Counted from the stretch's first letter, positions 1-11,371 are shown. The stretch: 64,000 nt of DNA from Burkholderiaceae bacterium (GCA_044371545.1 JBILTM010000001.1:30316-94315); one strand, 5' to 3'. The notes: generated from the letters alone by a model not told the origin. Program-made: numbers and translations.

Positions 1-244
1 CCGGCTCGGGCGTCGCATCGAGGTTCACCGCGAGCACCTGCAGGCCGTGCGCGCCGAAGCGCGACTGCATCGCGTCCATCCACGGGAAGGACAGCCGGCA
101 CGGGCCGCACCAGTACGCCCAGAAGTCGAGCCAGACCACGCGGCCGCGCGGCGCGTCGAGCGCCGCGCACGTGGTCGCCGGCCGCAGCGCGGCCGGGCGC
201 GACGGCAGGGCCGGTGCGCAGGAGGGCGTGGCGAGGCGCAGCAC
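1..244 (-). CDS. TlpA/ResA-family thioredoxin-fold thiol:disulfide oxidoreductase, partial (C-terminus runs off the left window edge)
   Basis: My own minus-strand translation gives ...APRGRVVWLDFWAYWCGPCRLSFPWMDAMQSRFGAHGLQVLAVNLDATPEP, with a WCGPC redox motif. It is absent from the ORF track because it is open at the edge. The start (GTG near 244) is a guess. Confidence 0.55.
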   Translation of the reverse strand, partial: MLRLATPSCAPALPSRPAALRPATTCAALDAPRGRVVWLDFWAYWCGPCRLSFPWMDAMQSRFGAHGLQVLAVNLDATPEP

Positions 245-365
245 GGACGGGGCGTTGGGACGTCGCGGGATCGGAGGAGGGAGCCGGGCGGTGGACGGTC
301 GATGTTCGTCCGGGGGGCGGCGGCAGGGGCGGGCACGCCGATGGGCGGCCGCTGGGGGGGCGGGT

Positions 366-382
366 GGCGGGCAGTGCCCGCC
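366..382 (-). terminator. GC hairpin (7-bp stem, 3-nt loop) just downstream of the ruvA stop; possible terminator, no U-tract
   Basis: GGCGGGC-agt-GCCCGCC inverted repeat 12 nt after the ruvA stop codon. Confidence 0.25.
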
Positions 383-393
383 GAGACTTCGGA

Positions 394-975
394 TCAGCCC
401 TTCGCCAGCGACTTCAGCGCGTGCTTGATGCCCTCGGACACGCCCGCGTCCGGCGGCACCTGCTTCGCGGCGACCGTCGCCTCGCGCTCGGAGTAGCCGA
501 GCGACAGCAGCGCACGCAGCACGTCGGCCGCATGGTCGGCCGGCGCGGGCGCGCCGCCGCCCGCGGGCAGCTCGGGCCCGAGCTTGCCCTTGAGCTCGAG
601 CAGCAGGCGCTCCGCGGTCTTCTTGCCGATGCCCGGCACCTTGACCAGGCGCCCGGCCTCCTGCAGCGTCACCGCCAGCGCGAGGTCCGCGACCGACAGG
701 CCGGACAGCACCGCGAGCGCGGTGCGCGGGCCGACGCCCGAGATGCGGATCAGCGCACGGAACGCGGCGCGCTCGCCCTCGGTGAGGAAGCCGTAGAGCA
801 GCTGCGCGTCCTCGCGCACGACGAAGTGGGTCAGCAGCGCGACCTTCTCGCCGGTCGCGGGCAGGTCGTAGAACGTGCTCATCGGCACGTCCACCTCGTA
901 GCCGACGCCGTGCACGTCGACCAGCACCTGCGGCGGCGCCTTCGACAGCAGCGTGCCGGACAGTCGACCGATCAT
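394..975 (-). CDS. ruvA: Holliday junction branch migration complex subunit RuvA
   Basis: [10 protein letters not shown]...[13 protein letters not shown]-terminus, HhH motifs ([30 protein letters not shown]), 193 aa, adjacent to ruvC. Confidence 0.95.
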   Translation of the reverse strand: MIGRLSGTLLSKAPPQVLVDVHGVGYEVDVPMSTFYDLPATGEKVALLTHFVVREDAQLLYGFLTEGERAAFRALIRISGVGPRTALAVLSGLSVADLALAVTLQEAGRLVKVPGIGKKTAERLLLELKGKLGPELPAGGGAPAPADHAADVLRALLSLGYSEREATVAAKQVPPDAGVSEGIKHALKSLAKG

Positions 976-1045
976 GAGGCCCCCACGGCCCTGCGGCCCT
1001 GCCCCCCGAGGGAGCGCGAGCGTCTCCGATGCGATCGTCCGACGC

Positions 1046-1615
1046 TCACGAGGCCACCAGCCGTCCGCGGCGGACCCGGACCCCGCGCCGCGCCAGCACG
1101 GTCGGCACCGGCAGCGCCGCTGCGCCGCCGAGCAGCGCGCCGACCATCGAGCCGCCGTGCGCGTGGCACGCCGCGCAGGCGAGCGCGTCGGCCGCGTCCT
1201 TCGACGGCGTGCCCGGCAGCGCGAGCAGCCGCACCACCATCGCCTGCACCTGCTCCTTGGTCGCGCGGCCGTAGCCCACCACCGCCTGCTTGACCTGCAG
1301 CGCGGTGTACTCGGCCACCGGCAGCCCCGCGGTCGCGGCCGCGCAGATCGCGGCGCCGCGCGCCTGGCCGAGCAGCAGCGTGGAGTTGGGGTTCACGTTG
1401 ACGAAGACCTTCTCGACGGCGGCCGCGTCCGGGCGGTACTCGGCGATCACCTCGCGCAGCTGCGCGAAGATCGCCGCGAGGCGCACCGGCAGCTCGCCGT
1501 CGGGCACGCGGATCACGCCGCTCGCGACATAGGCGAGCCGGCCCGCGCCGCGCCGCTCGACGACGCCGAAGCCGGTCAGCCGCAGGCCGGGGTCGATGCC
1601 GAGGATCCGTTCCAT
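1046..1615 (-). CDS. ruvC: Crossover junction endodeoxyribonuclease RuvC
   Basis: The ORF 1046..1828 was trimmed to the internal ATG at 1615 ([19 protein letters not shown]...), which gives the typical RuvC N-terminus and length (189 aa). Confidence 0.93.
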   Translation of the reverse strand: MERILGIDPGLRLTGFGVVERRGAGRLAYVASGVIRVPDGELPVRLAAIFAQLREVIAEYRPDAAAVEKVFVNVNPNSTLLLGQARGAAICAAATAGLPVAEYTALQVKQAVVGYGRATKEQVQAMVVRLLALPGTPSKDAADALACAACHAHGGSMVGALLGGAAALPVPTVLARRGVRVRRGRLVAS

Positions 1616-1664
1616 CGGCCCGGATGATACGCGCCGCCGCCCGATCGGGGCCGCGGCGGGCCGG

Positions 1665-3224
<1,560 letters not shown>

Positions 3225-3260
3225 GGCGATTCCCTGGTCGTGGTCGTTGGAGGCGGGCGC

Positions 3261-3503
3261 TCAGAGCAGCCCGTAGTGCTGCAGCTTCTTGCGCAGGGTG
3301 TTGCGGTTGATGCCGAGCATCTCGCTCGCGCGCAGCTGGTTGCCGTGTGCCTGCCTCATGACCACCTCGAGCATCGGCCGCTCGACGGACGCGAGCACCA
3401 TGTCGTAGATCGCGCTCGGTCGGGCGCCCTCGAGGTCCCGGAAGTACTGCTCGAGGTTGCGCGTCACCGCCTGGTCAATGGACTGCGATTCGGTCGTCTG
3501 CAT
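3261..3503 (-). CDS. fis: Fis-family DNA-binding protein
   Basis: 80 aa with C-terminal HTH ...GNQLRASEMLGINRNTLRKKLQHYGLL. Overlaps the end of dusB, as in other proteobacteria. Confidence 0.9.
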   Translation of the reverse strand: MQTTESQSIDQAVTRNLEQYFRDLEGARPSAIYDMVLASVERPMLEVVMRQAHGNQLRASEMLGINRNTLRKKLQHYGLL

Positions 3504-4530
3504 GGTCGAGATAGTCGTCGAGCAGGGCGAGCTGGTCCTCGGGGCGCTCGGCGCGGTTGATCGCGTCGCGCAGCCGCGCCGCGTCGTCGCGGGCGGAGCC
3601 AGGGGCCTGCATGGGGTCGGAGGCGCCGGTGCGCGCCGCGCCGAAGCGCCGGTCCTCGCACCAGCCGTCGATGTACCAGCCGATGTGCTTGCGGGCGATG
3701 CGGGGACCCGCGTGCTCGCCGTAGAACGCGTAGTGGTCGACGAGGTGGCCGCGCAGCACCTCGCGGATCTCGTCGAGCGAGGGCGGCGCGAGCAGCTCGC
3801 CCGTGCGCAGGAAGTGGTCGATCTCGCGGAAGATCCACGGCCGGCCCTGCGCGGCCCGCCCGATCATCACCGCGTCGGCGCCGGTGCGCGCGAGCACGAA
3901 CGCGGCCTTCGCCGGCGAATCGACGTCGCCGTTGGCGACCACCGGCACGCGTACCGCCCGCACGACCTCGGCGATGGTGTCGTACTCCGCGTGGCCGAGG
4001 AAGGCGTCGGCGCGGCTGCGCCCGTGCACCGCGATCATCGCGGCCCCGGCCGACTCGAAGTCGCGTGCGAGCGCCACCGCGTTGCGCGCGTCGCGGCTCG
4101 GACCGGTGCGCATCTTCACCGTCACCGGCACGTCGACGGCGCCCGCCACCGCCTCGACGATCGCGAGCGCGAGCGCGGGCTGCGCCATCAGCGCCGAGCC
4201 GGCCGCCACGTCGCAGACCTTCTTCGCCGGGCAGCCCATGTTGATGTCGATCACCTGCGCGCCGCGGTCGACGTTGAACCGCGCGGCCTCGGCCATCATC
4301 GAGGGATCGGCGCCGGCGATCTGCACCGCCTTCGGCGCCGGCTCGCCGTCGTGGTTCAGCCGGCGCGAGGTCTTGACCGTCGCCCAGAGCTTCGGGTTCG
4401 ACGCCGCCATCTCCGAGACCGCGTAGCCGGCGCCCAGCCGCCGGCAGAGCTGCCGGAACGGGCGATCGGTGACGCCCGCCATCGGCGCGACGAACACGTT
4501 GTTGGGCAACCGGTACGGGCCGAGGTTCAT
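3475..4530 (-). CDS. dusB: tRNA-dihydrouridine synthase B
   Basis: 351 aa. VFVAPMAGVTDRPFRQLCRRLGA, IDINMGCPAKKV motifs. Lies upstream of fis. Confidence 0.95.
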   Translation of the reverse strand: MNLGPYRLPNNVFVAPMAGVTDRPFRQLCRRLGAGYAVSEMAASNPKLWATVKTSRRLNHDGEPAPKAVQIAGADPSMMAEAARFNVDRGAQVIDINMGCPAKKVCDVAAGSALMAQPALALAIVEAVAGAVDVPVTVKMRTGPSRDARNAVALARDFESAGAAMIAVHGRSRADAFLGHAEYDTIAEVVRAVRVPVVANGDVDSPAKAAFVLARTGADAVMIGRAAQGRPWIFREIDHFLRTGELLAPPSLDEIREVLRGHLVDHYAFYGEHAGPRIARKHIGWYIDGWCEDRRFGAARTGASDPMQAPGSARDDAARLRDAINRAERPEDQLALLDDYLDHADDRIAVH

Positions 4531-4769
4531 GGCGGATCTCGCTCGGGCGCGCGGGGCGCGGAGCGACGCGTCGATCGGGGGTGGCCAGGCGGGGAGCGGA
4601 TTCTAGCGAAAATCCGGCTGCACAAGAAGCAGGCAATCCGACCCCGTTCCGATCGCCGGAACCGGTGAGCGGGCGCTCCCGCCGAGACCCGCCATGGCAC
4701 TCGATGGGCGGTGCGCGGGCAGCCTGCGGCGCCGCCCTGCCGGATGGCGTCCGGACTGCGCCGGTCGGA

Positions 4770-5894
4770 TCAGCGCAGGCCGAACATCAGCTGCGCGGCC
4801 AGCGGGCGGCGCAGCGGTTCGATCGCGTCGAGCGCGGCGAGAACCGGCGACTGCAGCGGGCGGGCGAGCGGCCAGGTGAAGCTCGCCGCCATCAGGTCGG
4901 TCAGCGCGATCGTGAGCCCGCGGTCGGCGCGGCGGCCGCGCCGCCACGCGGCGAGCGCGCCCGCGAGCGGCGCGCCGCGCACCCTCACCGGCGCGAGCGC
5001 GTCGGCGAGCTCGAACGCGTCGCGCACGCCGAGGTTCAGGCCCTGGCCGGCGACCGGGTGCAGCGACTGCGCGGCGTTGCCGATCCAGACCTCGCCGTCG
5101 GCGACGGTCTCGCGCCGCGCGCGGCGCGCGAGCGGCGCGACCGCGAGCGCACTGTCGACCCGCAGCGGCCCGAGCGCGTCTCCGAAGCGCGCCTGCAGCT
5201 CGGCCGACAGCGCCGTCGGGTCGGCCGCGCGGCGCTCGGCGCAACGCTCGGCGCGGTCGCACCAGACGAGCGCCCAGCGTCCGGCCTCGGGCAACGGCAG
5301 CAGCGCGAGCGGGCCCTCGGGCGTGAAGCGCTCGAACGCGGTCGCGTGCAGCGCCGGCGCGGCGCGCGGCGCATGCACCTCGCCGAGCAGCGCGCTCTGG
5401 TCGAACTCGCGCACGTTCGCGTCGTCGCCGGCGTCGCCCTCGGCGTGCACGACGAGCGGCGCGGGTGCGTCGCCGGCCTCGGCCCATCGGTGCGCCCGGG
5501 CCGCGTCGCGCAGCGCACCGACCAGCGGCCCGTAGCGCACCACGTGGCCGAGCGCCGGCACGCGCAGGTCGGCCGCGACGATCCGCGTGCGGCCCGCGTG
5601 CCCGCGCAGCGACACTTCGACGCGCTCGATCGTGCCGGCCGCGGGCGGCGTCGCGATGCGCTCGAGCAGCTGGCGCGTGCCGTGCGACAGCGCGAGCGTG
5701 CGCGCGGCGAGCGCCGGCGGGAGCGGTGCGTCGGCCGCCGGCGACGGGTCGAGTGCGATCGTGCGGGCGGGCACGCCGCGGCGCACGAGGAAGAGCGCGA
5801 AGGCGAGCGCGACCGGACCCGCGCCGACGACGCGCCATGGCGCGTCGGCCGCCGGCAGCGGGGAGGCAGGGACCGGGACGGGCAGGGCGCTCAC
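4770..5894 (-). CDS. ubiH: FAD-dependent ubiquinone-biosynthesis hydroxylase, UbiH/UbiI/UbiF family
   Basis: GAGPVALAFAL dinucleotide fold, GNAAQSLHPVAGQGLNLGVRDA fingerprint. Directly downstream of pepP, as in the E. coli pepP-ubiH arrangement. Confidence 0.8.
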   Translation of the reverse strand: MSALPVPVPASPLPAADAPWRVVGAGPVALAFALFLVRRGVPARTIALDPSPAADAPLPPALAARTLALSHGTRQLLERIATPPAAGTIERVEVSLRGHAGRTRIVAADLRVPALGHVVRYGPLVGALRDAARAHRWAEAGDAPAPLVVHAEGDAGDDANVREFDQSALLGEVHAPRAAPALHATAFERFTPEGPLALLPLPEAGRWALVWCDRAERCAERRAADPTALSAELQARFGDALGPLRVDSALAVAPLARRARRETVADGEVWIGNAAQSLHPVAGQGLNLGVRDAFELADALAPVRVRGAPLAGALAAWRRGRRADRGLTIALTDLMAASFTWPLARPLQSPVLAALDAIEPLRRPLAAQLMFGLR

Positions 5895-5904
5895 GACGAC
5901 GCGC

Positions 5905-7254
5905 TCACCCCGCGCGCATCAGCGCCTCGATGTCGGCCGCGGCCTTCGGCACGTCGACGGTCAGGATCTCGCAGCCGCCCTCGACGACCAGCGCATCGTC
6001 CTCGATCCGGATGCCGATGTCGCGGTACGCCTCGGGCACGTCGTCGGCCGCGCGCACGTAGATCCCCGGCTCGACCGTCAGCACCATGCCCGGGCGAAGC
6101 ACGCGCCACGGCTTGTCGCCGCCGGCGGGCGCGGCCTCGCCGGGCTCGCGGTAGTCGCCGCAGTCGTGCACGTCCATGCCGAGCCAGTGGCCGGTGCGGT
6201 GCATGTAGAAGCGGCGGTAGGCGCCGCTCTCGATCGCGCCGTCGACCGTGCCCTGCACGAGCCCGCAGTCGACCATGCCCTGGGCGAGCACGCGCACGGC
6301 CGCGTCGTGCGGGTCGGTGAACCGCGCGCCCGGCTTGGTCGCCGCGATCGCGGCGGCCTGCGATGCGAGCACGATGTCGTAGAGCTCGCGCTGCGGGCCG
6401 CTGAAGCGGCCGCCGACCGGCCAGGTGCGGGTGATGTCCGACGCGTAGCCGTCGAGCTCGCAGCCGGCGTCGATCAGCAGCAGTTCGCCGTCGCGCATCG
6501 TCGCGTCGTTCTCGCGGTAGTGCAGCACGCAGGCGTTCGCGCCCGCCGCGACGATCGAGCCGTAGGCCGGGAACGGCGAGCCCTGCCGGCGGAACTCGTG
6601 CAGCAGCTCGGCCTCGATCTCGTACTCGCGCCGCCCGGGGGCGGTCGCCTTCATCGCGCGCACGTGGGCCTGCGCCGAGATCCGCGCGGCGCGCCGCATG
6701 ATGTCGACCTCGTACGCGTCCTTGACCAGCCGCATCTCGTCGAGCAGCGCACGCACGTCCCAGGCCGCGGACGGCGCCGACACGCCGGCGCGGGCCTGGC
6801 CGCGCACCGTCGCGAGCCAGCGCTGCATCGCGGCGTCGGCCTCGGGCGAGGCGGCGAGCGGGTGGTAGACCGCGGGCGCGTCGGCCAGCAGCTTCGGCAA
6901 CGCCTCGTCGAGGCTGCCGATCGACTTCGCCTCGTCGAAGCCGAAGCGCTCGGCCGCCGCCGCGGGGCCGAAGCGCAAGCCGTCCCAGATCTCGCGCTCC
7001 TCGTTCTTGTCGCGGCAGAAGAGGATCGAGCGCGGCTCGGCGCCGCGTGCGTCGACGACGACGACCGCCTCCGGCTCGGGGAAGCCGCTCAGGTACCAGA
7101 AGTAGCTGTCGGCCCGGAACGGGTAGGTGGTGTCGCGGTTGCGCGGCACCTCGGGGGCGGTCGCGACGACGGCGACGCCGCCGCCTCGTGCGCGCATCTG
7201 CTCGGCCAGCTTCAGCCGTCGGTTCCGGAAGGGCGTCATCGTGGGCTCGGTCAT
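5905..7254 (-). CDS. pepP: Xaa-Pro aminopeptidase PepP
   Basis: The ORF 5905..7779 was trimmed to the ATG at 7254 (MTEPTMTPFRNRRLKLAE...). Has FRADSYFWYLSGF, HRTGHWLGMDVHD and VLTVEPGIY motifs. ATGA overlap with the murU stop. Confidence 0.9.
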   Translation of the reverse strand: MTEPTMTPFRNRRLKLAEQMRARGGGVAVVATAPEVPRNRDTTYPFRADSYFWYLSGFPEPEAVVVVDARGAEPRSILFCRDKNEEREIWDGLRFGPAAAAERFGFDEAKSIGSLDEALPKLLADAPAVYHPLAASPEADAAMQRWLATVRGQARAGVSAPSAAWDVRALLDEMRLVKDAYEVDIMRRAARISAQAHVRAMKATAPGRREYEIEAELLHEFRRQGSPFPAYGSIVAAGANACVLHYRENDATMRDGELLLIDAGCELDGYASDITRTWPVGGRFSGPQRELYDIVLASQAAAIAATKPGARFTDPHDAAVRVLAQGMVDCGLVQGTVDGAIESGAYRRFYMHRTGHWLGMDVHDCGDYREPGEAAPAGGDKPWRVLRPGMVLTVEPGIYVRAADDVPEAYRDIGIRIEDDALVVEGGCEILTVDVPKAAADIEALMRAG

Positions 7255-7940
7255 CCGTGGGATCCCAATTGTGCGTCGAGTTCGGCCAGGCGCTGCGGCG
7301 TGCCCACGTCGACCCATCGGCCGGGGTGACGCTCGGCGCCCGCGCGGCCTCCGGCGGCGGCCTCGCGCAGCAGCGGCGCGAGCGGCGCCCGGCCACCGGG
7401 CGGCACCGCGGCGAAGAGCTCGGGCCGGTATACGCCGATGCCGGCGAAGGTGAGGCGCTCGCCGGCGTCGTCGGTGCGCAGCCGGCCGTGGTCCAGCGCG
7501 AAGTCGCCCCGCGGATGGTGTTCCGGGTTGGCCACCAGCACGCACCAGGCGAGCCAGCCGAGCGCATCGAGCCGGTCCGCGATCGAGCGCGCCCGGCCCG
7601 GATCCCAGTCGCACCAGACGTCGCCGTTCACGACCAGGAACGGCCCGTCGCCGAGCAGCGGCAGCGCCTTCGCGATGCCGCCGGCGGTCTCGAGTGCCTC
7701 GGTCTCGGCCGAGTAGCGGATCCGCAGACCGTACGATCCGCCGTCGCCGAGCGCGGCCTCGATCCGCTCGCCGAGCCACGCGTGGTTGATCACCACGTCG
7801 CGGAACCCGGCGGCGGCGAGCCGCTGCAGGTGCCAGCCGATCAGCGACCGGCCCCCGACCGGCAGCAGCGGCTTCGGGCAGGTGTCGGTCAGCGGCCGCA
7901 TCCGCTCGCCGCGGCCCGCGGCCAGGATCATCGCCCGCAT
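7251..7940 (-). CDS. murU: N-acetylmuramate alpha-1-phosphate uridylyltransferase MurU (nucleotidyltransferase)
   Basis: MRAMILAAGRGERMRPLTDTCPKPLLPV...VINHAWLG...LETAGGI...VVNGDVW. Closely resembles my recollection of Pseudomonas MurU, and sits downstream of an amgK-like gene next to lptD. Confidence 0.82.
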   Translation of the reverse strand: MRAMILAAGRGERMRPLTDTCPKPLLPVGGRSLIGWHLQRLAAAGFRDVVINHAWLGERIEAALGDGGSYGLRIRYSAETEALETAGGIAKALPLLGDGPFLVVNGDVWCDWDPGRARSIADRLDALGWLAWCVLVANPEHHPRGDFALDHGRLRTDDAGERLTFAGIGVYRPELFAAVPPGGRAPLAPLLREAAAGGRAGAERHPGRWVDVGTPQRLAELDAQLGSHG

Positions 7941-7965
7941 CGTGTCGTCGGGGCGCGCGGCCCGC

Positions 7966-8988
7966 TCAGAAGGTGTAGCCGACCGCGGGCGCGCCGTCGC
8001 CCTCGACGCGGTCGATCAGCGCGGCGAGCGGCCTGAGCGCGCCGTAGCGCCGCACGACGTCGCGCACGTAGCCGAGCACCAGCGGCACGTCGGCGAGATA
8101 GCGGTCCTTGCCGTCGCGGTGGTACAGCCTCGCGAAGATGCCGAGCACCTTCAGGTGGCGCTGCAGGCCCATCCACTCGAAGTCGCGGTAGAAGTCGCCG
8201 AACTCGGCCGGCATCGGCAGGCCGGCGGCGCGCGCGCGTTCCCAGTAGCGGATCGCCCAGTCGAGCACCTGATCCTCCTCCCACTTCACGTAGGCATCGC
8301 GCAGCAGCGAGACCAGGTCGTAGGTGATCGGGCCGTGGACCGCGTCCTGGAAGTCGAGGATGCCCGGGTTGCGCTCGCCGGGCAGCAGCATCAGGTTGCG
8401 CGAGTGGTAGTCGCGGTGCACGGTCACGGCGGGCTGGGCGAGCACGTTCGAGAGGATCGTCTCGAACGCCGCCTCGAGCGTCGTGCGCTCGGCGTCGGTC
8501 AGCGCGACGCCCTTGTGCTTCGCGACGTACCAGTCGGGATACAGCCGCAGCTCGCGCAGCAGCAGCTCGCGGTCATAGGGCGGGAACGCGGCCGCGTCGC
8601 TCGCGAGCTGCATCGCCACCAGCGCGCGGCTCGCGTCGGCATAGAGCGCCGGGGCGCTCGAGGCGTCGAGCACCGACAGGTAGGTGGTCGAGCCGAAGTC
8701 GTCGAGCAGCAGGAAGCCCCGCGCGAGGTCGGCCTCCAGCACCCGGGGCACGCTGACGCCCGAGCGCGCGAGCACCTCGGCCGCGTGCACGAAGGGGCGG
8801 CAGTCCTCCATCGGGGGCGGCGCGTCCATCGCGATCAGCGCGCCGCCGCGCGCGGCGGCCGCATCCACGCGGAAATAGCGGCGGAAGCTGGCGTCGTTCG
8901 ATGCGGGGCGCAGCGTCGCCGGCTGCAGGCCGTGGGCGGCGGGCAGCGCGTCGAGCCACGTGCGGAGCTGGTCGAGTCTGAGGTCCAT
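7966..8988 (-). CDS. amgK: Anomeric MurNAc/GlcNAc kinase AmgK (aminoglycoside-phosphotransferase fold)
   Basis: ASNDASFRRYFRV...LIAMDAPPPMEDCRPFVHAAEVL...GFLLLDDFG...HRDYHSRNLM...ILDFQDA. Divergent from lptD, as in Pseudomonas. Confidence 0.82.
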   Translation of the reverse strand: MDLRLDQLRTWLDALPAAHGLQPATLRPASNDASFRRYFRVDAAAARGGALIAMDAPPPMEDCRPFVHAAEVLARSGVSVPRVLEADLARGFLLLDDFGSTTYLSVLDASSAPALYADASRALVAMQLASDAAAFPPYDRELLLRELRLYPDWYVAKHKGVALTDAERTTLEAAFETILSNVLAQPAVTVHRDYHSRNLMLLPGERNPGILDFQDAVHGPITYDLVSLLRDAYVKWEEDQVLDWAIRYWERARAAGLPMPAEFGDFYRDFEWMGLQRHLKVLGIFARLYHRDGKDRYLADVPLVLGYVRDVVRRYGALRPLAALIDRVEGDGAPAVGYTF

Positions 8989-8995
8989 GCGGGTC

Positions 8996-9028
8996 GGGGG
9001 CGGCTCCCCGGGGGCGGCTCCCTATAAT
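8996..9028 (+). promoter_or_regulatory. Candidate lptD promoter: tandem 13-mer GGGGGCGGCTCCC x2 abutting a perfect TATAAT (9023..9028)
   Basis: Read directly from the sequence. TATAAT lies 52 nt upstream of the proposed lptD ATG (9080), in the amgK/lptD divergent intergenic region. No clear -35. Confidence 0.3.
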
Positions 9029-9079
9029 ACCGGTCGTCGAACCGTCGCGCCCCGGGGCGCCGCCCGCAGCCGCCCTCGA

Positions 9080-11371
9080 ATGCGCCGCCCATCCCCCGCC
9101 CATGCATCCCGTGCCGCCCTCGCGGCCGCGCTGCTCGGCTGCTCGGGCGCCGCCGGCGCGCAGGCGGCCGACCATGCGGGGCGCATCGCGCTGCGGCTGG
9201 AGACCGAGCTGCGCGAGTCCAACCTCGCGTCGGACGCGCCGCGGCCGACCTTCGCGCGCGGCGACACCGTCAGCGGCCGGCAGGGCCGCGAGACGACGCT
9301 CGAGGGCGAGGCCGAGATCCGCCGCGCGGGCACGGTGATCCGCGCCGACCGGCTGACGCTGTACGAGGCCGACGACGAGGTCGTCGCGATCGGCAACGTC
9401 CGCGTGGCGCGCGAGGGCATCGTGTTCACCGGGCCGCAGCTGCAGCTCAAGCTCGACGCCAACGAGGGCAGCTTCGCGTCGCCGCGCTTCTACCTGCCGC
9501 TCACCGGCGGCAGCGGCCGGGCCGAGCGCATCGACTTCCTCGGGCGCGGCGAGGTCGAGATGCACGACGCGACCTACACCACCTGCAAGCCCGACGACCC
9601 CGACTGGTACCTGCGCGCCGAGAGCCTGTCGCTCGACCGGACCACCGACGAGGGCAACGCGCGCTGGGCGACGCTGTACTTCAAGGACCTGCCGATCGCG
9701 AAGGCGCCGTTCTTCGGCTTCCCGCTCGGCGACGAGCGCCGCAGCGGCTTCCTCGCGCCGACGCTGTCGCTGTCCTCGACGCTCGGCGCCGAGGTCCGCG
9801 TCCCCTACTACTGGAACATCGCCCCGAACCGCGACCTGACCTTCTTCACGAACCTCAACGCGCGCCGCGGCCTGCAGCTCGCCGGCATCGCGCGCTACCT
9901 CGAGCCGACGACCATCGGCACGACGCGCTTCGAGTACAACCCGGCCGACCAGGAGGCCAACCGGTCGCGCTGGCTGTTCGACAGCGTCCACACCTCGACG
10001 AACATCGGCGGCTGGCAGGCGGGCTGGATCCTGCGCGGCGTCTCCGACGACCGCTACTTCATCGACTACGCGCGCAGCATCGCGCAGAGCGCCGAGCGCA
10101 GCCTGCCGCGCGACGCGTTCGTCTTCCGCGCGTTCGGCGACTGGACTGTGCGCGCCCGCGTGCTGCAGTACCAGAACATCCTGGAGGCGAGGGCGGCGCC
10201 GCCCTACAACCGCCTGCCGCAGCTGACCGTCACGAACAACCAGCGCGACCTGCGCGGCTTCGACTTCGGCCTGATCGCGGATGCGACGGAGTTCAGCCGC
10301 GACCTGCCGGGCTCCGCGCAGGGCGGCCGGATGATCGTCAACCCGTCGATCGCCTATCCGTTCGGCGGGCCGTCGTGGTTCGTGACCCCGAAGGCCTCGC
10401 TGCACGCGACCTCGTACCGGCTCGGCGCCAACCCCTCCGGGCCGCTCGACATCGACCGTGCGGTGCCCACCTTCTCGCTCGACTCGGGGCTGGTGTTCGA
10501 GCGCTCGACCACGCTCGGCGGACGCGACGTCGTGCAGACGCTCGAGCCTCGGCTGCTCTACGTGTACACGCCGTACCGCGACCAGAGCTCGATCCCGGTG
10601 TTCGACTCCGCGGTCGCGAACCTCAGCTTCGCGACGCTGTTCGCCGAGCAGCTCTTCGTCGGCGGCGACCGGATCGCCGACGCGAACCAGCTGACCGCGG
10701 GCGCGGTCTCGCGCTTCATCGACCCGTCGACCGGCGTCGAGTCGCTGCGCCTCGGCGTCGCGCAGCGCGCCTACTTCACCGAGCAGCGCGTGACCATCCC
10801 CGGCGTGCCGTCGCGCAACGACTCGCGTTCGGACGTGCTGTTCGTCGCCTCGGGCAACCTCGGCGGCGGCCACACGCTCGACGCCGGCGTGCAGGTCTCG
10901 GTCGCCGACGGCTCGGTGCCGCGCTTCGGCGTCTCGTGGCGCTGGTGGCCCGCGGCCGACCGGATCCTGAACGTCGCGCTGCGCTACCAGGAGCTCGACT
11001 ACGCGCAGATCGACACCTCGTGGCGCTGGCCGGTGTCGCGCCGCTGGGCCGCGCTCGGCCGCGTCAACTACTCGGTGCTGCGCGAGCAGCTCAGCCCGGT
11101 CACCGGCACGGTCCAGGAGGTCAAGCCGCAGCTGCTCGAGGGCGTCTTCGGCCTCGAGTACCACGCCGACTGCTGGACCACCCGCTTCGTCGCGCAGCGC
11201 TACGTGACCGCGACCGCGCAGCGCACCAGCGCGTTCTTCGTGCAGCTCGAGCTCAACGGGCTCGCCCGGATCGGCGTCGACCCGTTCGATATACTGACGC
11301 GCAACATCCCGGGCTACCGGGCCCCCTCGCAGCGCCCGGTCACGCCGTCGCGCTTCTACGGATACGAATGA
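9080..11371 (+). CDS. lptD: LPS-assembly outer-membrane protein LptD
   Basis: The ORF 8960..11371 was trimmed to the ATG at 9080 (signal peptide MRRPSPAHASRAALAAALLGCSGAAGAQA). OstA-like N-domain followed by a large beta-barrel. ATGA overlap with surA. Confidence 0.92.
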   Translation: MRRPSPAHASRAALAAALLGCSGAAGAQAADHAGRIALRLETELRESNLASDAPRPTFARGDTVSGRQGRETTLEGEAEIRRAGTVIRADRLTLYEADDEVVAIGNVRVAREGIVFTGPQLQLKLDANEGSFASPRFYLPLTGGSGRAERIDFLGRGEVEMHDATYTTCKPDDPDWYLRAESLSLDRTTDEGNARWATLYFKDLPIAKAPFFGFPLGDERRSGFLAPTLSLSSTLGAEVRVPYYWNIAPNRDLTFFTNLNARRGLQLAGIARYLEPTTIGTTRFEYNPADQEANRSRWLFDSVHTSTNIGGWQAGWILRGVSDDRYFIDYARSIAQSAERSLPRDAFVFRAFGDWTVRARVLQYQNILEARAAPPYNRLPQLTVTNNQRDLRGFDFGLIADATEFSRDLPGSAQGGRMIVNPSIAYPFGGPSWFVTPKASLHATSYRLGANPSGPLDIDRAVPTFSLDSGLVFERSTTLGGRDVVQTLEPRLLYVYTPYRDQSSIPVFDSAVANLSFATLFAEQLFVGGDRIADANQLTAGAVSRFIDPSTGVESLRLGVAQRAYFTEQRVTIPGVPSRNDSRSDVLFVASGNLGGGHTLDAGVQVSVADGSVPRFGVSWRWWPAADRILNVALRYQELDYAQIDTSWRWPVSRRWAALGRVNYSVLREQLSPVTGTVQEVKPQLLEGVFGLEYHADCWTTRFVAQRYVTATAQRTSAFFVQLELNGLARIGVDPFDILTRNIPGYRAPSQRPVTPSRFYGYE

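Noticed and set aside
25-336. 103-aa minus-strand ORF in the track
   Set aside because: Its Pro/Arg-rich translation has no features. A different minus-strand frame over 1..244 gives a clean thioredoxin-fold WCGPC protein, so that frame was preferred.
8573-11164. 863-aa minus-strand ORF
   Set aside because: It is antisense to lptD, with no recognisable motifs. High-GC shadow ORF.
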